A stretch of DNA of 64,000 bases from Amoebophrya sp. A120 (taxonomy: Eukaryota > Protista > Dinoflagellata): contig CAJINV010000005.1 of NCBI GenBank assembly GCA_905178155.1, positions 4,940,256-5,004,255 on the forward strand. Reading direction: 5' to 3'. The notes under the pieces are model-generated. The model searched no databases. It was given only the letters and a program-made list of their open reading frames with translations, and had not been told where the DNA came from. The position numbers and the translations under genes were made by a program. This document shows positions 24,101 through 39,100 of the stretch, piece by piece (within the stretch, counting starts at the first letter, position 1; the number at the start of each line of letters is the position of its first letter).

Positions 24101-27100
24101 TGGAGAGTCAGATGGAGTCGTTTTTGCTTTCCAACGACGGCGGGGCGATCCGGAGGGTGAATGTGTTGCAGAGCGGGGTGGATTTTTACAAGCAGAATGC
24201 GTCTTCTACTGTGCCTGCGTCGACTGATAAAATCGCGCAAATCATGGATTACAGCGGGACAACCACCGGTGATTCCTACAGCTCGAAGAGATCCGCTTCT
24301 TTCAATGATGAAAGTACCACGAACGTGAAGCACGACGGGACTTACCATGACTATTACGCGCACAAGGAATTCATCGCCGCGAGCGTGTACAATCGTTCCT
24401 CCAACGCGTCTCATGTTCTCTACGACACCACTGTGGTGGTACAATTAAGGAACCAGGAAGCGTCTAAGGTAGCTCACATTCTCCACGACATGGAAAACTT
24501 CTACCCGACTTACGTTTCCGCCGAGATGTTTTCCGGGCCGACCTGTATCGACTACGCGACTTATCCTGAGTAAAAGCGTTCACACACGACCAGAGTCAAG
24601 GTGGGAAATCTGCTAGACAAATCGGTCAGCTTTTGCTGTTGCGCATGACAAGCGTGGACAACTCGTAGCGTAGTCCTGTTCAGCTTGTTCAGAAGCTGCA
24701 TCAGAGAGCTCGCGCATCATGCTGATTCGAGCATCACAAATTATCCCAAAACACGAATAGAAAAGCCTCTCATGGGTCTTCCCATGAGAAACATTGTCAG
24801 CATGCAGATTTGCATTACAACTCTGGGATGGGGACGTTTTTACAAACGATACGACTTCGCTTGGTCAGGGCGCGGACGAGATGAAATCCGCTGGCTGGAC
24901 GATCCGACCGGAGAATGAGCTGATCGGCCCGAAAACGGACTTGAACTTCCAGGGGAAGTACGTGTTTGAGCCGAAGGAAGACCCGACTTTCAGCGGTTCG
25001 GGGATGCCAGTGTCGCAATCGTACGTGTATGTCAATCCGCCCGACGGTCACGAGGGGAAAGCGCATGGGGACGTTCCGCAAAGGTGCTACCGGAAAGTGA
25101 TGATGGGAAACATCTTGAACGTGAAATATCTTGCCACCGGGTACCGGAACGCGGATGGGACGCAGAAGACCGCCGATACGATTCTGGGCCAATCCGAGGC
25201 GAAATCTGGGGAGGGGATCGTGTGGGAGGCGACTTTGTACGGCACCGGGGTGATTGAGATTCAGTTCGGAAATTGCCAAGACTACATGAATCCCAACCAC
25301 AACAACAAACCCCCGCCGGCGATGTGTAACTGCGTGCAGATCGCGAACCAGGGGGACATGAACAAGGAGTGGTGTCAGACGAATGAATTGAAATCCAACG
25401 GGTACTGTAAACAGGATTGTCCCTGCGCCTGCACTTACCACACCCACACCGGTCCGCCGAACGACTGCGAGGGGAGTGAGGTCCGAGTATTCATGGATGG
25501 GGAACTGAAAGGCACCGCGTGGTATCAAGAAGAAAAATCCTCCCTCCCCATAATCAAAAACGAAATTTGTCATGCTGTATTTGAGTACACAAATCGGCTT
25601 GTAATGCCAGAAAGCCAAGAGCCGCACTTGTGGCCTCGTTTGTAGGCAATTTGTCATGCTCTTTCCCACTTCCAGTTGCTCTCTGTCATGCTGAAGGCGC
25701 AAGGCTTTCCCACGCCAGCCAGCACTACACTCCGCACGTCTGTCCTTCTAGCATGACAAAGCTGATTTGTGACCACAAATACAGCATCACAAATTTCGTT
25801 TCCGATATGGGGAGGGGGGATTTTTCTTTTTGATACATGGCCCATGATGTTCAAAACGGTGAAAATCCCCTTCAACCACGGCTCTCTTCTGAAGATCGAG
25901 GGGCTAAATGGGTACTACCACAACCAACAAATCAATCACCGGAGCGCGCCCTCGCCCATGATGACCGTGTACGACATCAAATACGAGTCCTGCCTCCCGT
26001 ATAAACCGTCGAAATACTCCCTAACCGTGACGAACCACGAGAACGACAATTATCAAAAGCAATCCTACTTCGGGGCGAGCTTGCTGTCGGCTATCGGTGC
26101 GGAGATGGTGTTGCCGATAAAGCCGAAAGATAGTAGTCAATTCGTTATTATCAAATGTAAAAATGTCTGGGTCAGGAAGAATGCAACTTGTCATGCTAAA
26201 TCTGGATCATGTAAAAATCTGTGTTGCGTGATTACCAAAAGCTGTCCACTGTTGACCTAATCGGGAGGCAGTTTCTCATGCAGGTTAGGCATCACATAAC
26301 TCTCACAGAATCTGTCATGCTCTGTCCTACATACCAGACCTCATATCCATATGTCATGGAAAACCTGCATGACAAGTCTGGCTTTCTTCCAGACCCAGAC
26401 ATTTTTACAGTTGATAGTTATCACGACTTCCTCCACGGATTCGAATGGAGTGGTCACGGAAACGCAAACCGCGGATGTGGAGAAGTTTTTGAAAGAGGCA
26501 TTGCTGCAAGAGCAGACTTTGGCGTACAAAGAGTTCAAAAATCTTCTCGGTGTCTATGACCTGCTCAAATCGGTTACCATCTCAAATCGGTTACCATAGA
26601 ATCTGAGATTTGTCTTGCATGATCAACATGACAGACTCGGACAGCGTTCCACTTTTTGCAATACAAATTTCGCCAGATTGTAGTGGGGTTTCGGGCTCCG
26701 GAACTTGTCATGCGCAATCCTACAAGAGTTTGCTAGATCATGCAATTTTGCATCACAGATTTCCATATTCTATTGTAACAGTTGAGATTGTAACAGCTGA
26801 GCGCGTTATAGTGTCGCTTTCTCCAAAGCGGTGAACGAAACTTTAGGTGCGAACAACTTCGCGGGGTATCAAATGTAAAAATGTCTGGGTCTGGAAACTT
26901 GTGATGCTGGGTGGCGTCTCATGATGAGGCCACAAATGCTGGCTCAGCATCACAAGTTTCTGAGCTTCTAGGTGTTGCCTATTCTGCATGACAAACTGCG
27001 TTTCTGCATCACAGAAAAGTGGAGCTCTTTGGTAACGTGCATGACAGATTTAAGAGTCATGCCAGACAAGCATGACAAACATGCATTCTTCCAGACCCAG

Positions 27101-30100
27101 ACATTTTTACATTTGATACGGGGAGGTCCCAAACCATCAACGCGAAGAAGTACAGTGCGTTTCAGGGTGTTAAACCCGCGAATGTCTACAGCAAAGTCCT
27201 CGCCGTGGAGCAAGCGAGTGGCGAAGCTGTCGGCGTTTTCAACTGCAAGTTCTACGTGTCCTTCCCAACGATGGATGTGGAATTAGCGAAATTGCTGTTC
27301 ATATGCACTGCAAATATGTCTGGGTCTGGAATAAACTTGTGATGCAAGGAAGGGAATAGTGAAAGCACTGTAATGCGCTGCCCAGCATGACAAGTGTTGC
27401 CGTGGTTCACAGTTGCGTACTCCGCATGAGAAACTGCGTTTTTGCATGACGGGCAAGGGGATCTCTTCGCGGCCACGCAATACAGAGCTCAGAGTCATGC
27501 CAGACTAGCATGACAAATTTCGGAAGCTTCCAGACCCAGACATATTTGCATTTGATAGCTCAGCAACGGCGATGCCACCACAACGAACAACGCGAAGCCG
27601 GAGGCGTTCATTTTCGCGAATTTAGCGAAAAAATACGTCGAGGAGATTGTCCTGAAAAAGACGAAAACGTATAATAACAACGACTCAACCCCCGACCAGC
27701 TCTGGCCGTTCCATACCGTGACGAAGGATTCAGACAATGCTGAGAACAAGGTTTATCGGAAGGTGTCCAAAAAGCAGTTTATCGAGACCATTGTCAGAAT
27801 CGAAACGGCTAGTACGAACAAGCAAGTGAAGAATCTGATAACAAGCTTCTACGACGGTAATGTGGATGCGTTCAACACGAAGTACCACCCGTTTTTTGCG
27901 GATAAGATCTCCAGCAACAGTTGGAAACCGACGAGTTTTGACTCTACCTCCGCGGTATGGATTGCAAAAATGTCTGGGTCTGGAAGAATGCAAGTTTGTC
28001 ATGCAGTTTTTCCAAGCTCCCTCAAGTCTGGAATGCGGGGCCTAGCATGACAGGTTTTACAGCCCCTTGGTGATGCCTATTCTGCATCAGAAATACCCTC
28101 TCAGAATGGCCAGGAGTCAAAACCTTTTGCCAGTCATGCAACACAGATCTTTGTATGATCCGCAACTCGCATCACAAGTTCGGATCCTTCCAGACCCAGA
28201 CACTTTTGCATTTGATACGCGGATTCCACCATGCTAACTTCCGATTGGTCCATTGTCGCGGTCAACAACGTGGAGTCGAAGGATTTAGCGGTCGGGGTCG
28301 TCGCGAAAGTGGAAACCGCGGTTGCCGGCGCATTGACGAAACTGTTTGCGAAAGTGGATGAGATGTCAAGTACAATCTCTTCCGCTTCCACGAACCTTGT
28401 TGGTACCTACAGCAGCGGCGGTTCTGGCTCGCACGAGCGCCCGTATCTGGAGTGGCGGCGCGGGGATGTGATTGGCCGCATTGCGGATTTGTCGTCTGGA
28501 CAAAGCTCCACCTTCGTCGACGTGAAAATCATCGTGGAAATCGACTCCGAGAAGCAGAAGAGTCTAGTCGGGGTGGAATCTTCGGTGACTGCTATCGCGA
28601 AATCCTTCACGAAGGATGATTCCACCGCTGGAACTATGTTAGCCGGGATCAAGTCGAATTTGCTTGCTATGGAGATGGAGCAAGCGGGGGATAATTTGGT
28701 CGTTTCCTACCCGTACGGGTTGGCAAACACGGCGGGGTTACTCCCGAAAGTCTCTTCCGGCCCGGCGTACAGCAATTCTGAAAATGACCAACAAATGCTG
28801 AAGAGCCCGTTTGTCATGGAGGTGCGGGTTGCGGTTTACTTGAATCACGCGTCCGGTGTACCCGTTGAGGAGCAAGCGGATTTAACAGTAGCGTCTTCCC
28901 GGGAGAAAGCGACAAACGCGGTGGCTAGCGCCCTAGAATCCATGTTTGTCACTGATTTGTCCTCTCCCACCGCACTAGAAGAGCTCGCTGGCATCACTGC
29001 GAACGAGGTTTTCTGCACGGCCAGAACGGAAGACACCTACAACCCGAAAGCTGGGTTGCCCGCGAGCAACCGCCGGCTTGTTTTTTCCGTCACGATCCTC
29101 GGGTCTGGCAGGGATGGGAGTTCGAATTCTATTCAATCCTTACTCGCCCGCTACAACCGGTTCTCTTCGTTCAACCACGTTTCCTCTACTGACAATTTCA
29201 AGACGAAATTGCAAACCGCGGTGGGGAATAGTGGAACTTTGAATACCGCAGGGAACTGGGTGGTCGCGGACGCGTCGATCTTGAATTCCGTGCCGATTTC
29301 TCTCTCCGTGGCTCTCGGCTCCATCAAGTTTTCTGATAGTGTTGACACTGCTCCTACCGCTCTATCCGCTTTCAGCAGTACGAACTTCCTCCTGAACATT
29401 CGGAAAGCACTCGCCACCGCGCTCCCCCAGATGGTGGACCGAGCGTTTAGCTTCAAGCAGGTTGGTATGAAATGCAAAAATGTCTGGGTCTGGGAGATTG
29501 CGAGATTTGTCATGCTAGTCTGGCATGACTCTGAGCTCTGTGTTGCATGGCCGCGAACAGCTCCTCCTCCCTGTCATGCAAAAACGCAGTTTGTCATGCG
29601 GAGTACGCAACTCAGAATCATGAAAAAAACTTTTCATGCGTGGCAGCGCATCATAGTGAGTTCACTATTCTTTTTCTTGCATCACAGGTTTCCAGACTCA
29701 GACATATTTGCAATGCATACTTGGAGCCATTCTCTTAACCGAGTCCATCGCCACGGTCTCCACGAACAAGCTCGCTGAGTTTTTGGTTTTCTTACCAGAT
29801 ACTGGCTCCAATTCCCTCCACGCGATCGCGAACGGGGGAACCGCGTTTGCAAATACTTGGTTCAAAACCGCTTTACAAACCGAGTTCGGCGGTTCTGATT
29901 CGGTCGAGGCGGTGAATATGCATTGCAAAAGTGTCTGGGTCTGGAAACATGGAACTTGTAATGCTAGTCCTACATTCCTGTAAGATCTGTATTGCATGAC
30001 TAACAAAGATTCGCCCTCTTTTGTCATATTGAAGCGCAGCTTGTCATGCGGAATGCGCATCACAAAGTGTTCGGCAAAATTGTCATGCTTGGCTGCCTTG

Positions 30101-33100
30101 GGAAGTAGTTCAGTCGTGCACACTTTAGCATCTCAAGTTTCCAGACCAAGACATGTTTGCATTTGATAGTGAAGCTCGAATCTACCCTAACGGAGTCGAT
30201 GAAAACTGAGGGGAAGTTATCCTGTGTAAAAACTACGTCCCCACCCCAGAGTTGTCATGCAGAAGTACAATCACAGAAAAACTTGTAATGCGCGCCCCCA
30301 TGAGTAGAGGCATTTAGATTTAGTTCCAATTGTGTTATGCAACTTGTGATGCTGTAAACAGGATACCAGGATGGCTTTTTGATGCGGTAGTTGTGCTTGC
30401 TAACCCGCATTGCAGTACAGAAAAAATAAATCGTCATGCGTGACTCCCAAAACTTCTGGATCTGTGTTGCAGATTTCGCATCTTGACTATGGGGTCGTGG
30501 GGACGTTTTTACACAGGATAGAAGTCTATCGCGGAGAATTCGCTGCTGAAAGCCCGGTATTTCTACGGGGCGGATTTCTCCCTGCTTATCGACGGCGCAA
30601 ACGCGGACACCAATCTCGATGTCTTCGTTCAGGACAAGCAGAAGATGGAGCAGAATTTGATGGCGGTCGTTTCCTCCTCCTCCCCCGCGGTTTCCTTGGA
30701 ATCCCCGATCTCCAATGCGAAGACCGCGGTCGCGATTACGAAAGCGGTGGAGAAGGATAGTGTTAAAAACGAGTACACCATCTCCTTCGCCGCGTTCTCC
30801 GCGATGGACAAGAAGTTCACGAGTAGTGGGTCTGGGCTGGTGTTCGAGGATTACTTCAAGAAAACCTTCGACTACCGGCTGACGAAGACCTCGGCTGTGA
30901 AATTAGCGGTGAAATCTTTCGATGTGGACTTGTACCCAACAATCCCATTGATTGACCAAGCAGATACCCCGCAGGGTGACACTTCCACGAGTGAATTCAC
31001 TTTGCCGGAAGAGATCGAGAAGATTTCTGGAGCAGTGACTTTACAAGCGTTGTTGCCGTTATCTTCTGCGAATTTAATTCCGGATTGCGGGACCAAACTC
31101 TTTCCCTACCACAGCTGTAAGAGTGGGAAGGAGGCGGTTTTTGCGGAGGAGACGGTAACGGAGAAAAGTGTTGCGTTGCCGGGTGTTGCGGCTGTGGATT
31201 ACGATAAACCGTTTTTCACTTTCGTGACCGGAACTTTCTCGATCCGGAACAAAAATGACGAATTGTCGGATAAGGAGATCACGGATGCAGTGAAAATTGC
31301 GTTCCACAGATCCTTGATCGATTTGGTGCCTGTTTTATCCGCTCCTTTCCCCTCTCCAAGCTTCGAAAACGCGGCTTTGGAGGTCGCGGATGTCGCGGTG
31401 ACGATCTCCCCATCGGAATACGCGAGGCCGGTATGCATTGCAAATATGTCTGGGTCTGGAAGGATGCGAACTTGTGATGCGCATTTCACAATGCAGACAA
31501 ATCTCTCATGCATAGGAAGCAAAAGGTGCCCATTTCCTGTCACCAAAATAGGGGATTTGCCATGCGGATTAAGCAATGCGGAAGCTTCTCGATGTCTGTG
31601 ATGCTAGGGCTTTCATGACAGACATTTTGTGTCATCCAAAAACAGCAAGACAAAAATCTGCATTCTTCCAGACCCCGGCACTTTTGCATTTGATAGCCGG
31701 AACGGCCGGACAATCTTTTCTACGACACCCGCATGCTCGGGGAGGTGAGAGAGTTGGGGATCACGGTGGCTTTACCTTCTGTCCACCAGTCGGCGAACGC
31801 GACTCTGGTTTCGCATGTGTTGGCGTGCTTCGACAGCAAAAACAACGACTGCTACAATACCATGAAACTGAAAGTGGATTTTGAGCTCGCATCGGATGCT
31901 GGGGTTAACAGTACGATGTTTGAGCGGGGGGATAAGCATTTCTTGCCCGCTGTTCCGAGCGGGGTGGTTCTATCCGTTGACGAGGTGACCAAGCTGACGC
32001 AGTTGGCCAAGCTTTCTTCCTCTTTCACCGAGATGGATGAAACCACTTGGGACCCCGCCTGGGGCTATCAAATGCAAAAATGTCTGGGTCTGGAAGATTG
32101 CGAGATTTGTCATGCTGATCTGGCATGGCCCTTAAATCTGTATTGCGTGGCCACAAACAGCCTCTCTCACATGTCATGCAAAAACGCAGCTTCTCATGCG
32201 GAATACGCAGCACAGAAGCACGCAGCAACTTGTCATGCTTGGCGGCGCATTACAGTGCATTTGTTATTGACTGACTTGCATCACAAGTTTCCAGACCCAG
32301 ACATTTTTGCATTTCATAGGGGCAACGACGGGATGAAGCAACAGTTTTACTCTGCGGATTTGACCGGGCCTGCCTTATCCTCTTTCCAGGCGATTTCCGC
32401 GGAGTCTTCCTTCAACGTCATTCCTGATTTGAAGCAGGGCGGGGGAAGGATTCCAACCCATTCCGAGTTTGATTTATCCGTGACTCTGACCAACGCGAAT
32501 GCTGATTTGAAAATTCACCATTTGGATTTCAAGGAAAATCTGAAGAAAGCGGTTTCGAACGCGTTGAACAGCCTCCTGGGTCTGGATTTGGAAGTTGGCC
32601 ACGTCGCGGTGAAACTGTTTCCACAATTCACCCGACAGCCTGTGCCGGAAGTTGGTTTAACCGCAAACACCGCAAAAACCATCCGGGTTCGGATCGGGCT
32701 GCCGAAAGCGGCGAGCTTCGACGGGGATAGTTCCGTGAAGAATCAAGTGTTGGCCATGTACTTGTCCGATAACTCCGCGCTGTCTTCCTACCCAACCGGC
32801 CACGACGACATTTCCTCTACGGACGTCGCTGCGGATTTCTCCCTGGATTTAACATTGCAGAAAATCAAGGCGGATGAGAAGAAAAATGCGTTCCAAAATC
32901 TGGTAAACAGCGAATTGACAAATTTGCTGCAAACCAGGTTTGGCAACACCGACATCACTGCAGGGTCCGCCACTGTTCTCAACACGGAGGTGAAGGAGTT
33001 CAAGAACTTTGAATTCCCTCTCGGTTTCTCCGGCGGCTCCGTTTCCGGGAAGACGATCGAAGCGGGGAAAGAGCCTTGTCCGGACATGAACGCGGCATTG

Positions 33101-36100
33101 AAACTCGACGGGGACGACATGGTGGCCGCTGGCTGGACGATCCGCCCGGCGAACGAGATGCTAAAGTCTTCCGGGCAAGAGCCGGCGCTATCTTCTAACC
33201 TGCGGGCGGGCAACAACCCGGCGAACGATATGATGTACGAGCCGAAGCACGACCAATACAACAGTGATGGCACGGAAAAGGGCAAGGGCGTTTTCTACGT
33301 GAACGGCCTGTGGAAGGAAAATACATTCTCCCAGAACGGAATCTCCCTCGCCTGGCCGATTGGGAATTACGACGTTTGCCGGAAAAGGGTGATGGCGGGC
33401 ACGGAGTGGCCGAGTTACAAAATGAGTGGATACCGAAAATCCGACGGCACGAAAATCCCGGCCGATGCGGCGACTAGCCCACCGACTGAGTACCACGGGA
33501 GTAAAAAGGGATCTGCTTCTTCCTTTGCGGAAATGAAAACCGGGGAAGGTGGGGTTTTTGAAAGAACGTTGCTAGGAACCGGTGAAATCGAGGTGAAGTT
33601 CGGGAATTGCGCACCGTACAACAACCTGAATTTCCCCCCGAAAGACCACCCGAGTTGCAATTGCGTCCGGATCGACAACGAGGGGAGTCCAAAAACAGCA
33701 AGCACTAGGGACAACCAGTGGTGCACAAGGCAAGCTGATGGAAACCACTTAGTGTCCGATACGGATAAGAGGTGTAAAGTTGGCTGCATGTGCAGCTGCG
33801 GCTACACGGGGAACGCAGCAAAGCCGCAGTTGAACTGCCAGGGATCTGAGGTGCGATTGCAGCTCGATAATGTTCTGTTGAAAACCGCCTGGCCGGGGGA
33901 TTATCACACGGTGAGGGTGAATTTCAAGTCGGGGCAGGTGTTGAAGCTCGAGGGGTTGTCTGGTTACATGGAGGACGGCGCGAACCATCTCGTTTTGCCC
34001 TACATGATGACCCTTTACGAGATCAACTATTTGACTTGCTCGCCCTTCTCCCCCGAGGACATGGTTTCCGGGATGGTTTTAGGTGCGATGACCCGGAAAG
34101 CAGTGGATCACGAGCTGAAACAAAAGATCACCGCCTTGACGAAAACAGACGCTGATGGGAATAACCCTGTCACCGTCGCTTCCTCGTTTTCCCCAGAAAA
34201 CCTCCTCGCGATCACGAGGGATGCGAACACAGTGTACGACTCGCCGAGTTCCTTCGCTCGGTTCCGGGCGATTTTGCCACTCCCGAAGATCGGGGTGCAC
34301 GGGTTACCGGGGCCTAGTGCGGATGCTGGGGATTTGGATGTGAAGGAAACTTTGAAACAGACGCTGTTGAAAGACAAAAACGACAAAACTTCCTCTTCAA
34401 ATAACCCGTTCAAAGACCTCGCGACGACGCTAGTCAACAAGTTCGGCGTGCCGGTTTTGAACATGACGGAGGGCGTGGGGATGTTTGAAAACGCGAAGCA
34501 CGAAAAAACCGCGGTGTCTGTTTCCGAGCAGAACAACGTCGGGAATTTTACCGACATCGACATCCTCCACGAGTCCGAGGACGTCGCGACGGATATCGGC
34601 CGGGACCCAGTGGGTGCGAAGGAGATTGACATTCGGTTTTTGGAAATTTCCGGGGAGCTGCACACCAAGGATTCGTCGACTTTTTCCGATAGTGCGTTGC
34701 AGATTTTGTTGCAGCAGGGTGTCGCGGCGCAGCAACCTGGGACTGAGAAAACCAAGCGGGTTTTCCCGGTTCCGTTGGAAGACTTAGGTGCGGCGTTTGA
34801 CGCGATCACACCGGTTTTTCAAACATCGTCGAATTCGTTTACGTTCAAACGGGCGTTTAAGCTCACGGTGCAGTACAGGAAGAAGACTGGGGTGGAAATC
34901 GGAAATGCTATCTCCGTCTTCCGGTCCGATCAGTTTAAGTCAAATCTTCAGCAGTTTATGACGGACAACTCTGGCGGTGCGAATTCCACTTATGGAATTA
35001 TCCTCTTCCAAGTCGCGGACGCACGGCTCGCTTCCATGTCGACTGTCGTGATCCGGTTTGTCAACAAGCCGAACAAAGCTATGACGGACAAACCCGGGTT
35101 GAAAAACGAGCCGTGGCTGAAACTCCCGCTCCGGAAGTGCTTCCGGGAAGCGCTCCAGACCGTCGCGACGATCTCCATGTCCGATGCGAATGTCTTTTTC
35201 GACATGCCTGATTTTGACTACTGGCCCAGCAGAATCCCTAATGTCTTTATGCAATACAAATTTCCTGTACATGTACAAAATGCATCACAAATGTCACCGA
35301 CTTGGAGCACGCCACTTGTCATGCTAAATAGAAACGAAGAAAATTTTGTCATGCAGAAACCGCATTTGTACATGTACAGGAAATTTACTGTGGATAGTTT
35401 TCTCCGATTACCGCTACAACTACTTTCGGTTCGCACTCTCGTTCGCGGAACAGCCGACGACTTTGAAGAAGGTTCTGTCTTTATCCGGCGCGGTAAACAC
35501 GGACGGGAGTAGTATCGTGGAGAATGAGTTCTTTTTGAACTCTTTTCTAACGAAAGTGAACGAAGCGGGATCCGATCCGTTAACGTTCATGCCGGCGGCG
35601 GAGGTGAATTGGGCTTCTTCTTATCTCCCCATTTCCGGCTTCAACAACAACGACGGAGAAGGGAAAAGAAAGGCGATGCACATTGTCCAATCCGACACGA
35701 TGAGCTTTGTCCGCGCCTATCTTGGAGCGGATGATCTCCTCGTCACTGGGGTCGGAGCAAGCGGGACAGTTGTGAACAAGATTCAGGGTGCAAAACTCGC
35801 TCCTCTCGTGCAGAAAGCGGTTTTTTCCGCGGTGGAGGCCTCAGTCCCGGAGTTCAAAATCGCCTACAAACCGTGGCTCACGGCGTCGGATGTGGTGGTT
35901 TCCTATTCCAACCCGGACTGGCTGACGAACACCGACGATTTCTACGTGTCCGTCCCCGTGTCTTCCTGGAACTACAAAGCAGATCAGAAGTACAAATCCG
36001 CGACGCACGACATCGCGATCGAAACTTCCATCCGGGACAAAGTCACCGCGTTGTTCAAATCGGGAGGATCGGCGACCGCGGTTTCAACACCCTTCTTCGA

Positions 36101-39100
36101 CAAGTTGAAGACCCGGTTATCGTACCTCCGCGACACCATCTACCACAAGCAGGCACCTTTCGCGCAGGAAGACGGGTCTGTTTCTCTCTCCGCGGGGACG
36201 GAGCCGAGCTTCTTGTCGAGATTGACTTTCTTGCGGGCGAAGTTGAGTTTGACCGCATCTGGTTCGTTCACAAACACCGCCGCGATTGAATCTGCGGTCA
36301 GGTTTGTGTTGAATTCGGAAACCAAATCACCGAAACTCTTCGCGGAGTCGATTCAAGTGGCGGAAAACGAGTTGACGGTGTTGCCAACCACGACTGATAA
36401 CGAGTTCACCGTGATTTGCCAGGTGTTGGACACGAAGTCTCTCGCGACTCGTGCAGGACTATTGGCGCAACACCTCTCCGCTTCTACCGACTTGGGCACA
36501 ACTGTCGCGACGGAATTAACTGCGAAGTTAGCAGCGGATGGACATACAGCTATCACCGCATCTTCCTTCGGGTCGACGAGAGTCGAGCCTCTGTCCCAAA
36601 TTTCCATGCAGGGTGAGTTTGAGCACGACGGGGACGCGTTTGCGGACGGGGCGGACACTTTGGAGTTGATCAAGATCATCCAGAAGGCGTTCGTGTCTGC
36701 TTTGAAAGACGCGACGCAGCAAACCTTGACTTCCGGTATGGTCTCGATTCAGTTGAAGGACGGGACGAAGGACCGGAAGAACCCCATGTTTACCGTTTCC
36801 GTCCCGGCGATCGGTGCGGCCTTTGACTGGTTCTTCAAAACCGCGCCGGACGGGTTGAAGAGCTTCACGGAAATGCGCTTGAAGGAGGAATTTTCTTCTT
36901 CTTCATTACCTTCGAACCTCCAACGCGCGACCATCACGAATGTGAAAACCTCTGCCTTAGCGGATTTTGCAAACCGCGGGTACGTTCTCGGGCAGTTCTC
37001 GGTCACTTTCAAGGCAGCTCACGGGGGTGTGGATAAACTCATGCCGCCTAATGGGCAGTTGTCGAGACTGATGCTCACCTACGCCACTGCGAAAGCGACG
37101 AAGATTGTCACGACTGCGGACACGAATCTGGTGAACAACGTGGATGTTGACCCCTTCTCCCAGCTGATTTTCATCCCCGACGCGGTTTTCCCCGCTGGGG
37201 GAATCAGTTCCGGGCAAGACTACAGTCTTTCCGGGCAAGTGGTTCTCCCTCTCAACGGCCGTGTTGCCGATGTCGACCCAGTTCTCTACTCCCTCGGTAC
37301 GACAAAACAGACGGAGTTCAAGCAAGAGTTGGTCAAAGCTTTAAACTTCTTCGGTCTGCACACGGAGGACGGGCTGGTTACCATCAGTTGGAAGGGATCG
37401 GTTTCTGCGATTTCGACGGATCGAACGGTGCTGGATACGAAGTCCTATCAAATGTAAAAATGTCTGGGTCTGGAAGAATGCAACCTGTCATGCTAAATCT
37501 GAAGCATGCAAAAATCTTCTGTGTTGCATGATTACCAAAAGCTGTCCACTTTTGGCCTAATCGAGAGGCAGTTTCTCATGCAGGAGAGGCATGATAGAAC
37601 TCTCACAGAATCTGTGATGCTCTGTCCTAGATACCAGACCTCATGAGTCATGTAAAATCTGCATCACAAGTTGCATTCTTCCAGACCCAGACATTTTTAC
37701 ATTTGATAAGTCCGCGTCGGATTTGGTAATGATCGAGACGGACGCGATGGAAATCGACTGCAAGTTAGCGTTATGCACTGCAAAAATGTCTGGGTCTGGA
37801 AGGATGCAACTTGTGATGCTACCTTTGGACTCTACAGAAAACCTGTATTGCATGAACAGCAAAAGAGGTGCGATTTGTGCTACGCGGAGGAGGCATTTCT
37901 CATGCGGTATGAGCATCAGAAAGCCCTCGCAGAATCTCTCATGCTAGGGCATGCATCACAGACCTCATGGGCCATGCAAAATCTGCATGACAAACTCCTG
38001 CATTCTTCCAGACCCAGACATTTTTGCATTTGATAAGCGTCCGACACGGACATGAGCACGAAAGTGCATGGCGAGACGCACAGGGAGCTGGAGAGGCGGG
38101 CTGGAGAATTAGCGAAGGAGGCGATGTTCGAATCGCTTACCACTTTTCTCCCCTCCGCCCCCTTCGCCGGCAATGTTCTTCCTGAACTCGCAGCACTGAA
38201 GCAATCGAACGAGTTCGTGAAATCTTCTATCGCGACGGTCGCGAAGATGGGCACCAAGGTGGATCCAGTGACAAAGAAAGTCGTTTCCGATATTTTCACG
38301 GGTGAGGCGGAGCAGACGATCATGGTGAGTTTCGTTATCCCGCTGTTCAAAGTCACCGTGGAGGAAACGATGGAGGTGATAAAGCTTCTTTCCCAAGTCC
38401 CACCGAACGACGATAATTCGCTGGAAAAAACCAACTCCTGGTTCTACTCGGTGTTGGCTGCGAAGGTGAACAGTCTCGCTGGTTCTCACGGATTGGCGAT
38501 TCTAACCGCGGACGAGAATGAAGAAATGGTCCGCCCCTGGAAGGGCACGGCGAAGGTCTTGACGCACCAGTATTTGAAATACAAGATCTCGGCTGCAACT
38601 GGGAAGACTCTGCTCTCCGATTACTTCGCTAAACAGCAGAAGTACATCAACACCACTGACAGTTCGGAAACGACAGAGAAACCAGCGGTGAAGTACCAAC
38701 TCGAGTGGCTGCGACAAGCGATCCAGCACAGCTTCTCTGCGCAATTTGGTGTGAACCTCGGATTTTTGAAATCCGGGGTTGCGTTGAAGGACGTCGTTTC
38801 GCCGTTCTTGAGTACTGGTGGGTATAAGACGACGGAGAAGGAGAAATTTGCGGAATACACTTTAAACGCCGCGAACAACGATTTTTTCACCGGGATTTTT
38901 TCGCCATCATTGGTGCCGGTTGTGTGGGAGAACTACGCGGCTCTAGCGGGTTCTTCTGACATTGCCGCGGAATCCCTTGAGTTCAAAGTGCACCTCCCGT
39001 TCTCTCACCTCCAAACCGCCATCCCGAGTGATGCCGCGGAGAAGGGGAATATGATAACGAAAATCCATACGAAAATTCAAAACGACTTGGAAATCGCGGT

